Source of the DNA: Clostridiales bacterium
GTDB lineage: Bacteria > Bacillota > Dehalobacteriia > UBA7702
NCBI GenBank assembly: GCA_036644995.1
Contig: JAVXOZ010000008.1
Span: 5,838 to 69,837 of the forward strand
Direction: 5' to 3'
DNA: 64,000 bases
The notes beneath the pieces are model-generated. The model had not been told where the DNA came from, searched no databases, and worked only from the letters and a program-made list of their open reading frames with translations. A program made the translations under genes and the position numbers. Shown piece after piece: positions 59,996-64,000 of this stretch. Every line of letters begins with the position of its first letter. The stretch's first letter is position 1.

Positions 59996-60976
59996 ATGAA
60001 AATAACAATGGCACATGGCAGTGGCGGTAAATCTTCTGCGGAATTGATGCAACAAATTTTCGGCAAACACTTCAGTAATGAAATATTGAACAAAATGGAA
60101 GATGCTGCTGTTTTGGAAATTAATGGTAAAATAGCTTTTAGCACTGATTCTTTTGTGGTAACGCCTACAATTTTTAAGGGTGGAGATATTGGTAAATTAG
60201 CTGTTTGCGGCACAGTTAACGACCTTTTGATGATGGGGGCAAAGCCTCTTTATCTCACCTCAGCCTATATTTTAGAAGAAGGCTTGGAATTGGAAAAGCT
60301 GGATATTATTGCGGAATCTATGGCTAAAACAGCTAAAGATGCAGGGGTAAAGATAGTGGCAGGTGATACCAAAGTGGTGGAAGGCAATGGCGGTTTAATG
60401 ATAAATACCACAGGTATTGGCATTATACCCCAAGATAGAGATATCAGTGCGGCAAATTTAAAACCCGGGGATGCGGTTATAGTTTCCGGCTTTTTAGGGG
60501 ATCACCATGCTTGTATCCTCAGTGCCAGAATGGAATTGGAAAATAATATAAAAAGTGATTGTGCTCCTTTAAATTCCATTGTTGATTCACTTTTTCAATG
60601 TGGTGTGCAAGTAAAGGCAATGCGTGATGTAACCCGTGGTGGTCTTGGTACCATGCTTAACGAATTGGCAAATACATCGGGCACCGCCATTGAAATAGAA
60701 GAAAAAAATATTCCTGTGCGTGATGATGTGCGTGGCTTTTGTGATATACTGGGCTTAGACCCTCTCTATATGGGTAACGAAGGTAAAATGCTGGTAGTGG
60801 TTGAGGGGGAAGATGCCAATAAAGCTTTGGCACAAATAAAAAGTACAGAGTTGGGCAAAGATGCTCTTATTTTAGGTTATGTAAAATCCGGAAAAGGCGT
60901 AACTATGAAAACCAGGCTTGGGGGCACAAGGGTTGTGGATATGCTTTACGGTGAAGGCTTGCCCAGAATTTGTTAA
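59996..60976 (+). CDS. hypE: Hydrogenase maturation factor HypE
   Basis: AIR-synthase-like fold, MAHGSGG N-terminus and a C-terminal PRIC with the conserved terminal Cys. Confidence 0.9.
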   Translation: MKITMAHGSGGKSSAELMQQIFGKHFSNEILNKMEDAAVLEINGKIAFSTDSFVVTPTIFKGGDIGKLAVCGTVNDLLMMGAKPLYLTSAYILEEGLELEKLDIIAESMAKTAKDAGVKIVAGDTKVVEGNGGLMINTTGIGIIPQDRDISAANLKPGDAVIVSGFLGDHHACILSARMELENNIKSDCAPLNSIVDSLFQCGVQVKAMRDVTRGGLGTMLNELANTSGTAIEIEEKNIPVRDDVRGFCDILGLDPLYMGNEGKMLVVVEGEDANKALAQIKSTELGKDALILGYVKSGKGVTMKTRLGGTRVVDMLYGEGLPRIC

Positions 60977-60988
60977 AGGAGAATTAAC

Positions 60989-61882
60989 ATGAATAAAAAA
61001 ATGCTATTTCTTTTTAACCCCAAAGCGGGTAAAAGTTCTATAAAAAACAGTCTTTCCGATATTTTAAATATATTTACCGTAGGGGGGTACGATTTAATGG
61101 TGCACCCCAGTCAAGCTCCTATGGATATGGAAGAATTTGTAACCCAACGTGGTAAGGAATTTGATGTTATTGTAACCTGCGGTGGAGATGGCAGCTTAAA
61201 TGAAACCATAAATGGTTTGATGCAGTTAGATAATCCGCCGCCATTGGGCTATATACCCACAGGCACAATGAACGATTTTGCCGCCAGCCATAATATTTCT
61301 AAAAATATGTTGGTTGCTGCCAAAGATATTGTCAGAGGCAAAATTGCAAGAACGGATATTGGTAAATTTAACGACCATTATTTTTCTTACGTTGCGGCTT
61401 TTGGTGCATTTACCGATGTTTCTTACGGTACTCCCCAGGAAAGCAAAAATGTTTTTGGCAAAAATGCTTATATTTTAGAGGGTATTAAAAGAATACCAAC
61501 TTTGGCATCTTATCATATTATTTTGGAGTATGAAGATAAAATAATGGAAGATGATTTTATCTATGGGATGATGAGCAACTCTATTTCCATAGGCGGAATG
61601 AAAATGGCAAAAAAGACTGCGGTTTCCATGAATGATGGTTATTTTGAAGTAAATTTGGTAAAAAAAGAACTTAGCGATTTTTTTAATGCCACCACGCTTT
61701 TGGGTGCGGTAATCAGCTTGGATTTAATAAATAATAAGTCCTTATTTAGCTTTAAAGCAAAAAAAATAACCGTTCGCCATAAGGAGGGGTTATCTTGGAC
61801 TCTGGATGGTGAATTTGGTGGTGTATGTACTGAAGCTGTTATTGAAAGCAAAAAAGAAGCTTTGGAAATTTTTGTGCCCTGA
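60989..61882 (+). CDS. Diacylglycerol kinase catalytic-domain lipid kinase (YegS/DagK family)
   Basis: GGDGSLNE motif, 297 aa. Confidence 0.8.
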   Translation: MNKKMLFLFNPKAGKSSIKNSLSDILNIFTVGGYDLMVHPSQAPMDMEEFVTQRGKEFDVIVTCGGDGSLNETINGLMQLDNPPPLGYIPTGTMNDFAASHNISKNMLVAAKDIVRGKIARTDIGKFNDHYFSYVAAFGAFTDVSYGTPQESKNVFGKNAYILEGIKRIPTLASYHIILEYEDKIMEDDFIYGMMSNSISIGGMKMAKKTAVSMNDGYFEVNLVKKELSDFFNATTLLGAVISLDLINNKSLFSFKAKKITVRHKEGLSWTLDGEFGGVCTEAVIESKKEALEIFVP

Positions 61883-61956
61883 TAAAACCAATTTTTTTAA
61901 CTAATTTTTTATAAAAGAATAATTATTGGTAGTTAAATTTTATTTAGTTGCAATCA

Positions 61957-61989
61957 ATTCCCAACAAAAAACTGTTGGGAATTTTTTTG
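61957..61989 (+). terminator. Rho-independent terminator after the lipid kinase gene
   Basis: ATTCCCAACA-AAAAAC-TGTTGGGAAT followed by T7. Confidence 0.8.
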
Positions 61990-62018
61990 TATATTTAAAA
62001 ACTACACAGGGCAAAATA
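61989..62018 (+). promoter_or_regulatory. Putative forespore sigma-F/G-type promoter of spoVA genes (GTATA-N18-CAAAATA)
   Basis: Resembles the sigma-G consensus (-35 GHATR, -10 CATNNTA). The spoVA operon is sigma-G dependent in Bacillus. Confidence 0.4.
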
Positions 62019-62053
62019 GCTTTGTATGTTTAATTATCTTTGGAGGTTTAATT

Positions 62054-62548
62054 ATGAATGATATATTAAAAGATTCTTTAGCAAAAGAATTGGAAAAAGC
62101 CCAAAAAATATCTTACGAAGATTTAGTTAAAGAAACTAAGCCAAAAACTCCATATTTTAAGAATATGCTTTTTGCATTTTTGATTGGGGGATTAATTTGC
62201 GCTATTGGTCAAATCTGCTTGGAGATTTTTTTATTTTGGGGCTTTACGGAAAAATTGGGGGTAACTTTATCTTTAATTACCCTTATTTTTTTAGGTGCTT
62301 TATTAACAGGGTTGGGACTTTACGATAAAATAGGAAAATATGCCGGGGCAGGCTCTATTGTGCCTATTAGCGGCTTTGCAAACTCCATGGTGGCACCTGC
62401 CATGGAATGGCGTTCCGAGGGCTATATTTTGGGTTTGGCAGTTAAAATTTTCACATTGGCGGGGCCTGTAATTGTTTATGGAATTTGTGGTTCTGTTATC
62501 CTGGGCTTAATAAAATACATTTATTGGTTTATTAAAGGTGGTTGGTAA
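62054..62548 (+). CDS. spoVAC: Stage V sporulation protein AC (SpoVAC/SpoVAEB family membrane protein)
   Basis: 164 aa, 4 TM, conserved GSIVPISGFANSMVAPAMEWRSEG block. Confidence 0.85.
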   Translation: MNDILKDSLAKELEKAQKISYEDLVKETKPKTPYFKNMLFAFLIGGLICAIGQICLEIFLFWGFTEKLGVTLSLITLIFLGALLTGLGLYDKIGKYAGAGSIVPISGFANSMVAPAMEWRSEGYILGLAVKIFTLAGPVIVYGICGSVILGLIKYIYWFIKGGW

Positions 62549-63578
62549 AATGATAGAAAAAAGCAAAAAAAATAATACCATACAATACAAGCATGGTGTT
62601 TATATTGCACAAGGCAGCAGTGCAGTGGGTCCCAAAGAAGGCGCAGGGCCCATCGGTAAATCCTTTGATAAAGTATATACCACTATTCATGGAGGGGAAG
62701 AAACATGGGAAAATTTTGAATGCAAGCTTCAGTTGGATGCAGTTACCACAGTGATGAAAAAAAATATGATGACCGCCGATGATTTTGGCTTTATTCTCGG
62801 GGGTGATTTGTTAAATCAAATTATGATAACAAATTTTACCGCTAAAGAACTGGAAATTCCATATTTAGGATTATATAATGCCTGTGCCACCATGGCAGAA
62901 GCAATGGTTATTGGTGGTATGTTAATAGATGGGGCATATGCAGATAATTTGCTGGTGGTAGCATCAAGCCACAATGCCACTTCGGAAAGGCAATACAGAA
63001 ATCCCACGGAATTAGGTGCACAAAGACCCCAAACTGCCCAATGGACAGTGACCGGTGCAGGTGCGATGATATTATCAACTACACCATCGGATATTAAAAT
63101 AACAGCAGCTACCATTGGTAAAGTACGGGATTTTGGAGTTAAAGACCCTAACCAAATGGGAGCAGCCATGGCTCCGGCGGTGTTTAGTACCATTAAAGAC
63201 CATTTTAAAAATACCAATACTTCTGTGTGTGATTATGATTTAATTTTAAGTGGCGATCTTGGTTATCATGGTCATAAAATTTTATTGGCTTTATTTCAGG
63301 GTGAAGGCTTTGAGGTTGGTGCACAAATTCAAGATAGCGGCATTTGGATTTATCACAGTAAACAGGATGTCCATAGCGGCGGTAGTGGTGCAGGGTGTAG
63401 TGCTGCTGTTTGGGCATCATACTTATTATCTGAAATAAGAAAAGGAAAGTATAAAAAAATATTATTGGCAGGTAGCGGTGCATTGTTAAGTCCTACTTCT
63501 TTACAGCAGGGAAATTCTATTCCTGCTATATGCCATGTCGTTTCTTTAATAAACCAGGAGGTAGGCAGTGTTTTATAA
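62538..63578 (+). CDS. spoVAD: Stage V sporulation protein AD (thiolase-fold)
   Basis: 346 aa. Overlaps spoVAC. Confidence 0.85.
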   Translation: MVGKMIEKSKKNNTIQYKHGVYIAQGSSAVGPKEGAGPIGKSFDKVYTTIHGGEETWENFECKLQLDAVTTVMKKNMMTADDFGFILGGDLLNQIMITNFTAKELEIPYLGLYNACATMAEAMVIGGMLIDGAYADNLLVVASSHNATSERQYRNPTELGAQRPQTAQWTVTGAGAMILSTTPSDIKITAATIGKVRDFGVKDPNQMGAAMAPAVFSTIKDHFKNTNTSVCDYDLILSGDLGYHGHKILLALFQGEGFEVGAQIQDSGIWIYHSKQDVHSGGSGAGCSAAVWASYLLSEIRKGKYKKILLAGSGALLSPTSLQQGNSIPAICHVVSLINQEVGSVL

Positions 63579-63930
63579 TATATTATTAGCTTTTTTGGTA
63601 GGTGGTTTAATATGCTTAATTGTGCAAATTATTATGGATACCACGCCGTTTTTTATTAGCACTGCCCATGTTTTGGTGGCATTGGTTTTAACCGGTGAAA
63701 TATTAAGCTTTTTTGGTTTATACCGTCCCTTTATTAATTTTGCATCTATGGGGGCTTCTGTGCCCTTATGTGGCTTTGGCAATACCTTAATGGAGGGTGT
63801 GGTAAGTGATTTAAAAGCTGATGGCTTAATTGGCTTGTTAACCGGAGGGTTTAGTGCAGGTGCTTCGGGGTTAGGTGCAGCTATTCTTTTTGGCTATTTT
63901 GTAGCCGTGATTTTTAAGCCCAAAGGTTAA
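63568..63930 (+). CDS. spoVAE: Stage V sporulation protein AE (SpoVAEB)
   Basis: 120 aa, 4 TM, paralogous to SpoVAC (GASVPLCGFGNTLMEGV). Confidence 0.85.
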   Translation: MFYNILLAFLVGGLICLIVQIIMDTTPFFISTAHVLVALVLTGEILSFFGLYRPFINFASMGASVPLCGFGNTLMEGVVSDLKADGLIGLLTGGFSAGASGLGAAILFGYFVAVIFKPKG

Positions 63931-63969
63931 ATTAGTTTAAATACTAAATGCAATTAAACTAATTCCACA

Positions 63970-64000
63970 GGCTGTGGATAAAGTCTGATATTCGGCAAAA
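63970..64000 (+). repeat. Intergenic structured repeat element, copy 5 (truncated by window end)
   Basis: GGCTGTGGATAAAGTCTGATATTCGGCAAAA matches the 5' end of the element. It is preceded by an AT-rich hairpin AATTAGTTTAA...TTAAACTAATT. Confidence 0.6.

Overview
This is a low-GC (about 35%), endospore-forming Firmicute (class Clostridia) chromosomal segment. Sporulation genes are dense: spoIVB-spo0A, dacF-spoIIAA-spoIIAB-sigF, spoIIR, sigG and spoVAC/D/E. The left third carries a complete type I-C CRISPR-Cas locus on the minus strand, in the order cas3-cas5-cas8c-cas7-cas4-cas1-cas2-leader-array (15 repeats, 14 spacers). Next come a 1435-aa multi-PAS hybrid histidine kinase coupled to an XRE regulator, a divergent orphan agr-like LytTR/HPK10 two-component pair, a tRNA cluster (Trp, Arg, His, Gln) and the housekeeping genes rph-rdgB, hpt, ilvE, xerD, deoB-pdp, copA, pncB and upp. 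The right third carries a complete energy-converting group-4 [NiFe] hydrogenase operon echABCDEF, immediately followed by hypABFCDE. The least explained signal is a family of five co-oriented intergenic repeat elements of roughly 150-160 bp with nested hairpins (11935, 19304, 43797, 46648, 63970), which I could not assign to any known RNA or insertion-sequence family. Other points are an AmmeMemoRadiSam-like cluster with a LigB-like/AMMECR1 fusion, a 46-bp motif shared between the CRISPR distal flank and a site 40 kb away, a terminator-derived 43-bp tandem repeat behind the tRNAs, and a uracil permease gene remnant in front of the ech promoter. All calls come from reading the translated ORFs and the raw sequence; no database searches were possible.
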